DNA of 64,000 nucleotides, taken from NCBI GenBank assembly GCA_038061925.1, contig JBBTYD010000005.1, forward strand, positions 13,477 through 77,476, written 5' to 3'. The position numbers and the translations under genes were made by a program. Source of the stretch: Patescibacteria group bacterium. GTDB taxonomy: Bacteria; Patescibacteriota; Minisyncoccia; Phycocordibacterales; UBA9973. Below are positions 9,570 through 18,395 of the stretch, one piece after another. Every line of letters begins with the position of its first letter. The stretch's first letter is position 1. Below the pieces are notes generated by a model. The model did no database searches, was not told the DNA's origin, and saw nothing but the letters and a program-made list of their open reading frames with translations.

Positions 9570-11267
9570 ATGGCGACTTTTGACGAAGAAAAACAAAATA
9601 AACAACTGGATGACTTGCATAAACAGGAAGAAGAACAACTGGTGGCAAGTTTGGCGGAATCAAAGTATGGTCTTCCTTATATTAACCTGTATCGTCTAGA
9701 CATAGACAACGAAGCGCTCAGGGCGATATCGCATAAAGAGGCGATGGAAATGAAAGTCGCGCCTTTTAAACTTTTTGGGAAAAATATTTTCATCGCGGTG
9801 CGTTTGCCAACGGACGATCTTTTTAAAACGCTAAAAGACGCAATGGGAAGAAAAAACTTAATTCCGGTCTTTTATATGGCTTCGATCGCAAGCCTAAATA
9901 AAGTCTGGGACAGATACAAGGAAATTTCAATGGCGGAAAGCTCAAAAATCGGGGGATTGGATATTTCTCCTGAGGTTTTGAGAGAAACGGCAAAAAATAT
10001 TGAGCATATGCAAGATATTGAGGGACTGGTGATAGAAGCGCTAGAAGGAAACAAAATTCATAAAATTTCTCGTCTGCTTGAAATAATACTGGCTGGAGCA
10101 ATTGCGATCAAGGCTTCGGATATACACATTGAACCAGAAAAGGACCGAGGACGATTGCGACTGCGTCTCGATGGAGTGCTCCAAGATATAAATTTTTTTG
10201 GACTGGATGTGTATCGGCTGCTTAATCCACGCATTAAACTCCTCTCTGGTATGAAGTTAAATTCAAAAATCGCGCAAGACGGACGTTTTAGCATTATGGA
10301 AGAGAAAGAAGAAATAAACATTCGCACCTCGCTGATCCCGGGCGCCTATGGTGAATCAATAGTCATGCGTATTTTGGACCCAAAATCAATCCAAGTAAAA
10401 CTGGAAGAGTTGGGAATAGAACCTTATCTCTTTTCTATAATCGAAAAAGAAATCGCAAAACCAAACGGACTTATTTTAGTCACCGGTCCGACTGGTTCCG
10501 GAAAAACAACCACTCTTTACGCATTTTTACAAAAAATTTATTCTCCAGAAATAAAAATAATAACTATTGAGGACCCGATAGAATATCATTTGACGGGCGT
10601 AACTCAAACCCAAACAAATGATGAAAAAGGTTACACCTTTGCGGAAGGATTGCGTTCAGCCTTGCGCCAAGACCCAGATGTGATAATGGTTGGTGAAATA
10701 CGAGATAAAGAAACAGCGGAAATTGCCGTGCAATCAGCTCTTACTGGGCATATAGTCTTCTCCACCCTTCATACCAACAATGCCGCCGGAGTTATCCCCC
10801 GCCTAATTGATCTTGAGGTAAATCCAAAGATTTTGGTTTCGGCCTTGTCTCTTTCTATTGCTCAACGTTTAGTTCGCAAACTCTGCAAGTCTTGCAAGAA
10901 AGAAAATGATCCAACTGAAAAAGAATCTCAAACTATAAAATTAGTCTTGGACAGCCTAAAGGAAGAAGGCAAAGATTTTTCAAGATATAATTTAAAAGCT
11001 GATCAATCTTTTAAAATTTTCTCTCCGGTCGGCTGCGAAAAATGCAATAAAATTGGCTATACTGGACGAATAGGCATTTTTGAAGCAATTAAAACCGATG
11101 AAGCCATAGAGAAAATAATGCCAGAAAATCCAAGCGAACATGAAATCAAAAAAGTGGCGCACAGTCAGGGAATACTTTCTATGCGCCAAGACGGTATTGT
11201 AAAAATTTTAAACGGCATTACCTCACTCGCCGAAGTGCAAAACGTGGTGGACTTAAGTGAGGAATAG
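9570..11267 (+). CDS. GspE/PilB-family type IV pilus assembly ATPase
   Basis: ASDIHIEP, AQDGRF, GPTGSGKTTT, TIEDPIEY, LRQDPDVIMVGEIRD, TGH..FSTLHTN, CxxC zinc motifs. Confidence 0.95.
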   Translation: MATFDEEKQNKQLDDLHKQEEEQLVASLAESKYGLPYINLYRLDIDNEALRAISHKEAMEMKVAPFKLFGKNIFIAVRLPTDDLFKTLKDAMGRKNLIPVFYMASIASLNKVWDRYKEISMAESSKIGGLDISPEVLRETAKNIEHMQDIEGLVIEALEGNKIHKISRLLEIILAGAIAIKASDIHIEPEKDRGRLRLRLDGVLQDINFFGLDVYRLLNPRIKLLSGMKLNSKIAQDGRFSIMEEKEEINIRTSLIPGAYGESIVMRILDPKSIQVKLEELGIEPYLFSIIEKEIAKPNGLILVTGPTGSGKTTTLYAFLQKIYSPEIKIITIEDPIEYHLTGVTQTQTNDEKGYTFAEGLRSALRQDPDVIMVGEIRDKETAEIAVQSALTGHIVFSTLHTNNAAGVIPRLIDLEVNPKILVSALSLSIAQRLVRKLCKSCKKENDPTEKESQTIKLVLDSLKEEGKDFSRYNLKADQSFKIFSPVGCEKCNKIGYTGRIGIFEAIKTDEAIEKIMPENPSEHEIKKVAHSQGILSMRQDGIVKILNGITSLAEVQNVVDLSEE

Positions 11268-11364
11268 AAGAAGTAAGTTTAAATGAAATTGCCCAATTTA
11301 ATTAATTTAGTATTAGTGTACGACCGTTTCTTATTGCTAAAAACAAAATTTCGCAATTTTTGTT

Positions 11365-12165
11365 TTATTTCATCTCTCCACTGAACATACAGACCGCCCC
11401 TCCACGCAGAATAATTTGTCCTTCGCGATTTTCGGAAAGATAAAGATTTCCACCCGGAAATTCTAATGTTATTTCATCTGGCGTTAGGCAAGGCCTAACG
11501 CCATCTTTTATAACTATTGCATACACTGCGCAAGCGCCAGTACCACAAGCGAGAGTGGCCCCGCAACCACGTTCCCAAACTTTCACCTTGAAACGATTAT
11601 CGGCGACTTTTTCCACCAACTCCATATTTATTTTATTTGGGAAATGAGAATCATTTTCAATTTTTGAGCCAATTGGGGAGATGTCAATTGTAGATATATT
11701 TTTTACAAATCCGACAGCGTGCGGATTTCCCATTGAGACAAATTTAAATGTGATATCTTCAAAGACAAGAGATTTTCCGGGAAAATCAACATGAGAAAAC
11801 ACCGGGATTCCCATATTCACAGAAAGACTTCCATCTTTATTTATTATTACCTTCTTTATTCCGGCTCTCGTGTCAATCGATAATTCTTTTAAGTTGGATT
11901 TTGTATGTTCTATAAAAAATAGAGCCACGCATCTAATTCCATTTCCACACATTTCCGCCAAAGTCCCATCAGCATTGTAATAATTCATAAAACAATCTGC
12001 CTTATTGGAAGATTCAACCAGGATGAGACCATCTGCGCCAATGCCAAAATGGCGATCGCATAAAAGTCTAATGTTTTCTGCATCTTTTATATCAAAATTC
12101 TTATCACGATTATCGATCATAATAAAATCATTTCCCGTACCGTGATATTTGTAAAATTTAAGCAT
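11365..12165 (-). CDS. dapF: diaminopimelate epimerase
   Basis: KYHGTGNDF, EMCGNGIRC, SMGNPH, ERGCGATLACGTGACA. Confidence 0.97.
   Translation of the reverse strand: MLKFYKYHGTGNDFIMIDNRDKNFDIKDAENIRLLCDRHFGIGADGLILVESSNKADCFMNYYNADGTLAEMCGNGIRCVALFFIEHTKSNLKELSIDTRAGIKKVIINKDGSLSVNMGIPVFSHVDFPGKSLVFEDITFKFVSMGNPHAVGFVKNISTIDISPIGSKIENDSHFPNKINMELVEKVADNRFKVKVWERGCGATLACGTGACAVYAIVIKDGVRPCLTPDEITLEFPGGNLYLSENREGQIILRGGAVCMFSGEMK
11479..11503. repeat. hairpin element (10-bp stem, 5-nt loop) in frame within dapF
   Basis: tggcgttagg-caagg-cctaacgcca, encodes GVRPCLTP. Confidence 0.6.
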
Positions 12166-12838
12166 ATCTGCTATTTTTCTTTATTAATGAAAGAAATTTC
12201 ATTGTATCAATATTTTTACCTAAAGATTTGCGAGGAATCACGATATCCGCATATTTGGCATATAAGCGACTGCGTTTAGTAAGCAACTTTTGATAACATC
12301 TTCGCAAGCTTTGTTTATGAGTCTCTCCATTTTTAGGTCTAAAAATATTTCCAAACACCACAGGTTTTGGATCTTTAATGTAACTTCTAAACATATCTTC
12401 CCTCAGATAATCAGTGGCTTCAAGATAAATCACTAAAGTATGTTTCTTCAACAAAGAACAAATACTACTACCTAAATGCACCACACTGCCGGTGGTGTCA
12501 ATAACAATATTGTTTTTTCTAATATTTTTTAGCTTGGCAAGAATATTTTTTATTATCTCCGCTTCAAGCTCTAAAAATTTTTGTTGATTTTCAGAAAATC
12601 TTTTATTATAAGGTTGACCCATCCAACGTGAGACATCTTTGATGCCAGAATATCCGCGCGCCCGAAGAAGAGGCGCAAGTTTAGTTTCAATCAAATCATC
12701 ACAATTAAAATGCTGAAAATTTAATTCAGCCAGTTTTTTTGACCAATAGGTTTTCCCAATATTAGACATGCCAATCAAACTTAAAACTAATTTATTTTGT
12801 TGCAACAGATGTTTAAACTGTTTTTGGGATATTTTCAT
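12158..12838 (-). CDS. shikimate-kinase-like P-loop kinase
   Basis: LIGMSNIGKT Walker A, D-DDLIE, VIDTTGSVV, R..LY.KYAD. Confidence 0.7.
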   Translation of the reverse strand: MKISQKQFKHLLQQNKLVLSLIGMSNIGKTYWSKKLAELNFQHFNCDDLIETKLAPLLRARGYSGIKDVSRWMGQPYNKRFSENQQKFLELEAEIIKNILAKLKNIRKNNIVIDTTGSVVHLGSSICSLLKKHTLVIYLEATDYLREDMFRSYIKDPKPVVFGNIFRPKNGETHKQSLRRCYQKLLTKRSRLYAKYADIVIPRKSLGKNIDTMKFLSLIKKNSRYA

Positions 12839-14058
12839 AATTTTAAATTCTTTTCAATGCTTTCCAGCGCTTTAATTGTTTCTTGTTTATCTCCAAAGGC
12901 GCTTAAGCGAACATAGCCTTCTCCTTCCGACCCAAACCCAGAACCCGGAATTACGACAACCTGTGTTTCTTCCAAGAGTTTATCGAAAAATTCCCAAGAA
13001 CTTAAATTAGCGGGATTTTTTAACCAAATATATGGAGCCTGTTCTCCGCCAAAAACTTTAAAACCGAATTTAGAAAGACTTTTTTTTATTATGATCGCAT
13101 TGTTCATATAGTAAGCGATTAATTTCTGGCTTTCTTTTTGGCCAGCGGTCGAGAGAGCCGCTAAAGCGCCTTCTTCAGAGATATTAGATGCTCCATTAAA
13201 CATCGTGCTCTGGCGTCTATTCCAAAGACTGTTAACCTTACCCCTTTTTGTTTCTTCAACAATTAAATCCATCGGCACGACAGTCCAACCAAGACGGACG
13301 CCGGTAAACCCCGCCCATTTCGAAAAACTATTAATTTCGATAGCGCATTTTTTAGCCCCCTCTATCTCATAAATGCTCTTGGGCAAAGATTCATCAGAGA
13401 TATACTCAGCATAGGCAGCATCAAAGATAATAACCGCTTTGTTTTTTAAGGCATAATCAATAAAAAGTTTCAGCTGTTTTTTTGTGGCGACAGACCCCGT
13501 GGGATTATTTGGATTGCAAAGATAAATTATATCCACTTTTTGTTTGGGCGGAGTTGGCACAAAACCGTTTTTCTCATTGCCCTCCAGATAGACCAAACCT
13601 CCATATTTTCCATTCTTATATTCCCCCGTTCTTCCAGCCAGGACATTGCTGTCCAAATATACTGTATAAACAGGATCCGAAATTGCCACAATATTATTTA
13701 ATCCAAAAATTGATTGGATATTTGCCAAATCTGATTTCGCTCCATCGTTGATAAAAATTTCTGGCAGTTCTAAATCAATATTTCTTTTTTTGTAAAAATC
13801 AATCAAAGCAGACCGAAGTCTCTGGTCGCCCTGCGCGTCTTCATAACCTTTGTATGTTTCAACCTTGGCAAGTTTTTTCACTCCCTCTTTTAATCCTTTG
13901 ATAACAGTCGGGGTTAAGGGTCTGGTCGTATCCCCGATGCCGAGTCGCATAATTTCCACATCTGGATTCTTTTCTCTAAAATTATTCACGCGTTTGGCAA
14001 TCTCTTTAAACAAATACTCCCCCGACAGTTTATCGTAATTTTTATTAATGGTAGCCAT
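12835..14058 (-). CDS. dapL: LL-diaminopimelate aminotransferase
   Basis: YLFKEIA, LGIGDTT, DGAKSD, PNNPTG, SFSKWAGFTGVRLG, PGSGFG. Confidence 0.95.
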   Translation of the reverse strand: MATINKNYDKLSGEYLFKEIAKRVNNFREKNPDVEIMRLGIGDTTRPLTPTVIKGLKEGVKKLAKVETYKGYEDAQGDQRLRSALIDFYKKRNIDLELPEIFINDGAKSDLANIQSIFGLNNIVAISDPVYTVYLDSNVLAGRTGEYKNGKYGGLVYLEGNEKNGFVPTPPKQKVDIIYLCNPNNPTGSVATKKQLKLFIDYALKNKAVIIFDAAYAEYISDESLPKSIYEIEGAKKCAIEINSFSKWAGFTGVRLGWTVVPMDLIVEETKRGKVNSLWNRRQSTMFNGASNISEEGALAALSTAGQKESQKLIAYYMNNAIIIKKSLSKFGFKVFGGEQAPYIWLKNPANLSSWEFFDKLLEETQVVVIPGSGFGSEGEGYVRLSAFGDKQETIKALESIEKNLKL

Positions 14059-14075
14059 TTCTGATTATATTTAAT

Positions 14076-14978
14076 TCAAATCAACTTTAATTCTTGCAAG
14101 GTCTTTTCCACCAGAGCTCTATTTTTTTCTTCAATAAAAGTGAGTGGAAGTCTGAGACTCTCTTCAATAAATCCCATCATCGACATAGCTGTTTTGACGG
14201 GAATCGGGTTAGATTCAATAAAATTAACATTCATCAGTTTGAGCATCAGATAGTGCAATCTTCGGGCTTCCTTTAAATTGTCTTCGAGCGCAAAATGAAT
14301 CATATCAGAAAATAATTTCGGGACTTCATTGCAAACAACAGAAATACAGCCCTTCCCGCCAAGGGCGATAAGGGGCAAAGCCAGGGCATCATCACCAGCT
14401 AACACGCTAAAATCTTTTGGACCGTTTCTGGCCACTTCATCTATAATTTCCATCATTTGATTCAAAGAACCGGAAGCTTCTTTGACAGCCACGACGGCCG
14501 GCACTTCTCTCCCAATTCGCGCAATAACTTGGGGTAAAACATTAGATCCAGTTCGGCCTGGAACATTGTAAATGATGATGGGCATATTTACCGCTTTGGC
14601 AATTTCTTTAAAATGCAGAACCAAACCATTTGGAGTCGGTTTATTATAATAAGGAGTCACCTGAAGCAAGGCATCAGCTCCAGCCGATTTAGCCAGACGT
14701 GAAAAATGAATCGCTTTTTTAGTATCATTTGAACCTGCTCCGGCGATTACTGGAATTTTACCGGAAACTTTTTTTACCACTGTTTTTATGATAGTAACGT
14801 ATTCCTCATCGTTTAAGGTGGCCGCTTCCCCCGTCGAACCAGCCACAACGATCGCATCCACTCCCCCTTCCAGCTGATACAAGACTAGTTTCTCCAGCGC
14901 TGGTAAATCTAAATCTCCATTTTTTTTAAAGGGTGTGATAATGGCTGGGATAGAACCGAAAAATTTTATGTTTTTCAT
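14076..14978 (-). CDS. dapA: 4-hydroxy-tetrahydrodipicolinate synthase
   Basis: GSTGEAATL, TPYYNKPT, YNVPGRTG, KEASG, ESNPIPVK. Confidence 0.97.
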   Translation of the reverse strand: MKNIKFFGSIPAIITPFKKNGDLDLPALEKLVLYQLEGGVDAIVVAGSTGEAATLNDEEYVTIIKTVVKKVSGKIPVIAGAGSNDTKKAIHFSRLAKSAGADALLQVTPYYNKPTPNGLVLHFKEIAKAVNMPIIIYNVPGRTGSNVLPQVIARIGREVPAVVAVKEASGSLNQMMEIIDEVARNGPKDFSVLAGDDALALPLIALGGKGCISVVCNEVPKLFSDMIHFALEDNLKEARRLHYLMLKLMNVNFIESNPIPVKTAMSMMGFIEESLRLPLTFIEEKNRALVEKTLQELKLI

Positions 14979-15010
14979 TTTGTTTGATCTGGTAAAATCA
15001 ACTTGTTATC

Positions 15011-15748
15011 TTAATTAAAGATATCTTCAAAAGAATAAAACCCTTTTTTATTTTTAATAAAATTGGCCGCTAGAAGAGCCCCTTTAGCAAACCCGACCCT
15101 ATTATACGCTTGATGAGACAAAGTTATACCATCGGCATTGCTGTCAAACACAACTTCGTGCAAACCGGGGTTTCTCCCGGCTCGAAGCGAAGCAAAATGC
15201 AGTTCGCTAGGTTTAATTTGACCATCTGATTTTTCAGTTAAAATTGATTTTTTGGAAGGAAAATTTTTAATAATTTCACTCGCAATTTTCAAAGCGGTGC
15301 CGGAAGGACTGTCTAATTTTCTCTTATGATGGACTTCCAATCCATATACGTCGTAATCAGAAAATTTGGAAAAAAGCTTAGAAGAAAAAGCTGTTATTTT
15401 AAAAAATATGTTCGCTCCAATTGAAAAATTGGGACTATAGATTAGACCGATTTTATATTTAGCAACTAACGCTTTCACTTTATCGAATTCATCATACCAT
15501 CCAGTCGTGCCAATAATTAAATTTTTACGAAGTTTCGCAACCTCTTTTATATTTTCTAACACAGCGTCTTTGGACGTAAAATCTATCGCCACATCCGCTT
15601 TTCTAATACCTTTTAAATCCAGTTTATCATCTTTATTTTTAAAACTGATTGAAACCACTTCAAAAACTTCCGACCCGCGACAGAGCGCGTTAATTTCTTG
15701 ACCCATCTTGCCAAAACCAAGCAAGGCGATTTTTATTTTATTTTTCAT
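15011..15748 (-). CDS. dapB: 4-hydroxy-tetrahydrodipicolinate reductase
   Basis: GFGKMG, IDFT, IGTTGW, PNFSIG, EVHHKRKLDSPSGTA. Confidence 0.95.
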   Translation of the reverse strand: MKNKIKIALLGFGKMGQEINALCRGSEVFEVVSISFKNKDDKLDLKGIRKADVAIDFTSKDAVLENIKEVAKLRKNLIIGTTGWYDEFDKVKALVAKYKIGLIYSPNFSIGANIFFKITAFSSKLFSKFSDYDVYGLEVHHKRKLDSPSGTALKIASEIIKNFPSKKSILTEKSDGQIKPSELHFASLRAGRNPGLHEVVFDSNADGITLSHQAYNRVGFAKGALLAANFIKNKKGFYSFEDIFN

Positions 15749-15820
15749 ATGATTTTCAAAATCACGCTAGGCGCAATAATTTTATTATATATTTAGAGAA
15801 TAGCAAAAATAAATAAAAAA

Positions 15821-15965
15821 AGCACTAATCTCTAAACAATCCTTTTGAAGCTGGGCTCCAAGAGTAACAAATTATTAGAGGATAGACCCAGCAAAAATAA
15901 ATCTTTGCCAGAACGTCCTATACAAATTCGTATAACCGATGGCTGATTGCTTAGAGATTAATGCC
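15821..15965 (-). ncRNA. putative ~145-nt structured RNA upstream of dapB
   Basis: 21-bp closing stem that pairs fully (with G-U) only on the minus strand, two internal hairpins, followed by a U-tract. Confidence 0.5.
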
Positions 15966-15970
15966 TTCTT

Positions 15971-15998
15971 CGTCCGCCAAAGCCTTGGCGAAAGCAAA
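15971..15998 (-). repeat. palindromic element family A (intergenic copy)
   Basis: Reverse complement tttgctttcgccaaggctttggcggacg resembles the fusA/thyA copies. Confidence 0.55.
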
Positions 15999-16124
15999 CT
16001 TGTTAAAAACCTCTGAAACTATTTTACTATAAAGAAAACCAATCAAATGCTATAATGTGTATAGCTATGTTGATACTGTGTTAATAAACTCGCTACCTGA
16101 GCAGTATAGCATATTGTTAAACCA

Positions 16125-17192
16125 ATGTCAATCACTAAAACGAAAAACTCTCGCCTCGGCGGAGCCGGCAAAACTGAAGATGTTGTTTTAGACCAGACTC
16201 TGCGCCCTACTCGCTGGGATGAATATATTGGCCAAAAACACATAAAAGACAACGTTAAAATCTTGCTTCGAGCCGCCGAAGAACGCGGACATATTCCCGA
16301 ACATATTCTCTTTTATGGACCTCCGGGGTTAGGTAAAACCACCCTCGCGCACCTTATCGCCAAGGAAACTGGCAGACAAATGAAAATAACTTCTGGACCA
16401 GCCATTGAAAAAGTGGGCGACTTGGCCTCAATTCTCACCAATCTGGCGCCTGGCGACATTCTTTTTATAGATGAAATCCACAGATTGAACAAGATGGTGG
16501 AAGAAATACTCTATCCGGCTATGGAGTCTGGCGTTTTGGACATCATAATCGGCAAAGGTCCATCGGCGCGCACTATTCAGCTCGACCTTCCGCCTTTCAC
16601 ACTCATCGCGGCCACCACTCGGGTCGCCTTAATTTCTTCGCCCCTCCGCTCGCGATTTTCAGGCGGAGTCTTTAGATTGGAATTTTATTCAAATGAAGAA
16701 ATTGAAAAAATAATCGAAAGATCAAGCAAGCTTCTTGATATTACGCTTGAAGAAAGCGCTTTAAGAGAAATTGCAAAAAGAAGTCGATTCACCCCTCGCA
16801 CCGCAAATTATTTTTTAAAACGCTGTCGGGATTTTGCCCAAGTCAATAAAAAAAGTGAGCAAAAAAACAAAGAAGCCGACCAGCAAAAAAACTTAGATCA
16901 AAAAATAGTCAAAGAGGCGCTGAATATGCTCGCCGTTGATGATATCGGACTTAATCCTTCCGATCGAAAATTTTTAGAAATATTAATTGAAAAATTTAAT
17001 GGCCGGCCGGTGGGACTAAAAACCATCGGAGCGGCGATGTCGGAAGAGGAAGCAACAATAGAGGAAGTAATAGAGCCCTACTTGATTCAGCTCGGCTTGC
17101 TTGAACGGACCGCCCGCGGGCGAGTCGCCACTCGGAAAGCGTACGAACATTTGGGGTTTGATTTTAAAGAAAAGCAAGACAAGCTTTTATAA
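16125..17192 (+). CDS. ruvB: Holliday junction branch migration helicase RuvB
   Basis: LRP..WDEYIGQ, GPPGLGKTTLA, FIDEIHRL, ATTR, EPYLIQ.G...RTARGR. Confidence 0.98.
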   Translation: MSITKTKNSRLGGAGKTEDVVLDQTLRPTRWDEYIGQKHIKDNVKILLRAAEERGHIPEHILFYGPPGLGKTTLAHLIAKETGRQMKITSGPAIEKVGDLASILTNLAPGDILFIDEIHRLNKMVEEILYPAMESGVLDIIIGKGPSARTIQLDLPPFTLIAATTRVALISSPLRSRFSGGVFRLEFYSNEEIEKIIERSSKLLDITLEESALREIAKRSRFTPRTANYFLKRCRDFAQVNKKSEQKNKEADQQKNLDQKIVKEALNMLAVDDIGLNPSDRKFLEILIEKFNGRPVGLKTIGAAMSEEEATIEEVIEPYLIQLGLLERTARGRVATRKAYEHLGFDFKEKQDKLL

Positions 17193-17201
17193 TAAATTTC
17201 A

Positions 17202-17229
17202 TAAGATTTCCGCATATGCGGAAATCTTA
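17202..17229. repeat. perfect 28-bp palindrome downstream of ruvB
   Basis: taagatttccgcat|atgcggaaatctta. Confidence 0.85.
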
Positions 17230-17582
17230 GGTAGATTTTTAATTTTTAGGTAAAAAGGAAATGAAAAAGCCGTTGGTGCTCTTTCTTTTGGAAAGTCCTA
17301 ACGGGCTTTAGATTATTAGCCGGGGCGGTTTCTGTGACCGCCCCGACGTTCTTTACTGTTTGGGACTGTCCTGACGTTGGCCGTTGGCGAATCAATGGTT
17401 GGAGTTGTTTATGGTATTCATAGGCGGAAAACACAGCTCTCTGCATCTAGATTCAACACAGGTTGATATCACGTCAAAGAGCTATACTACTTTCAATAAT
17501 AATGATATATGTATATATGTATATATGTCAATTCTGCCTGTGGATAACCAAAATCATTTTAAAAATGATAAAATCATCTATT

Positions 17583-18104
17583 ATGAGAATTTTAGGAATT
17601 GACCCTGGATTTGAAAGATTGGGCATTGCTGTATTAGAAAAAGCGGACAAGACCATTTTCGTTTCCTCCTTCGCTCAAGGCTCCGGCGCGCCAAAGAAAG
17701 AACAGGTGATTTTTTCTGAATGTTTCAAGACTTCGGCCAAGTTGGAATTTTCGGAACGGTTGAATTTAATCGGTCGAGAGGTGAGAAAAATAATAAAAGA
17801 ATACAAACCGGAAGTCTTGGCGATTGAAACTTTGTTTTTAAATACCAACCAGAAAACGGTAATGCGCGTCGCGGAAGCGCGGGGAGTGGTAACTTATGAA
17901 GCATCCCTGGCCGGACTTCGGATCTTTGAAGCTTCGCCACCCCAAATAAAAATAGCCACGACTGGCGATGGCCGAGCGAATAAAACACAAATGATGAAAA
18001 TGGTTAAAATACTGGTCAAAATGGACAAAACTAAAACGTCCGATGATGAGATGGACGCTATTGCGATAGCTTTAACCGCTTTCGCGCATTTGAAATTATC
18101 CTAA
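17583..18104 (+). CDS. ruvC: Holliday junction resolvase RuvC
   Basis: MRILGIDPG, AIETLF, EARGV, P.QIK..TGDGRANK, DDEMDAIAIA. Confidence 0.96.
   Translation: MRILGIDPGFERLGIAVLEKADKTIFVSSFAQGSGAPKKEQVIFSECFKTSAKLEFSERLNLIGREVRKIIKEYKPEVLAIETLFLNTNQKTVMRVAEARGVVTYEASLAGLRIFEASPPQIKIATTGDGRANKTQMMKMVKILVKMDKTKTSDDEMDAIAIALTAFAHLKLS
17664..17696 (+). repeat. degenerate palindromic element family A in ruvC
   Basis: tcctccttcgctcaaggctccggcgcgccaaag, encodes SSFAQGSGAPK in the loop after the first strands. Confidence 0.5.
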
Positions 18105-18113
18105 GTGAGTAAG

Positions 18114-18158
18114 TTATCCACATATTCTATTGCCAAGCTTTTTAGATTTTGGTACAAA
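18114..18158 (+). promoter_or_regulatory. DnaA box plus sigma70-like promoter
   Basis: TTATCCACA at 18114-18122; TTGCCA-17 bp-TACAAA with an extended TG. Confidence 0.5.
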
Positions 18159-18229
18159 GTAGGAAATCCAGCTAAAGACTAGTCCGCCCAGAGCGGAAAA
18201 TAAAAATTATCAATTAATTACTAAAAAAT

Positions 18230-18370
18230 ATGAGTCACGACGAAGATGAAGAAACAGAAAGCGGTTTTAAAGTGGGCGTTGATAATGATGAACTGGAAGA
18301 ACCGTTAGATGCGCCGGAAGAAATTTCTGATTTTGGATTAGATGAAGAAGATCCGGATAAAGACAGATAA
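18230..18370 (+). CDS. 46-aa hyper-acidic small protein (not in ORF track)
   Basis: MSHDEDEETESGFKVGVDNDELEEPLDAPEEISDFGLDEEDPDKDR, with its own promoter and terminator. Confidence 0.65.
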   Translation: MSHDEDEETESGFKVGVDNDELEEPLDAPEEISDFGLDEEDPDKDR

Positions 18371-18395
18371 AAAACGCTCCCTGGGGGCGTTTTTT
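18369..18395. terminator. bidirectional intrinsic terminator
   Basis: aaaaaacgctcc-ctg-ggggcgttttt between the convergent small ORF and tyrS. Confidence 0.7.

Noticed and set aside
9516-9638. N-terminal extension of polA in the ORF track
   Set aside because: It overlaps the divergent pilB start and promoter; homology begins at MSPNTKT.
15821-15965. canonical lysine riboswitch or T-box
   Set aside because: I could not find the AGAGGUGC or T-box UGGNACC consensus; kept as an unknown structured RNA.
17463-17582. N-terminal extension of RuvC
   Set aside because: RuvC begins at MRILGIDPG; the upstream part is promoter DNA.
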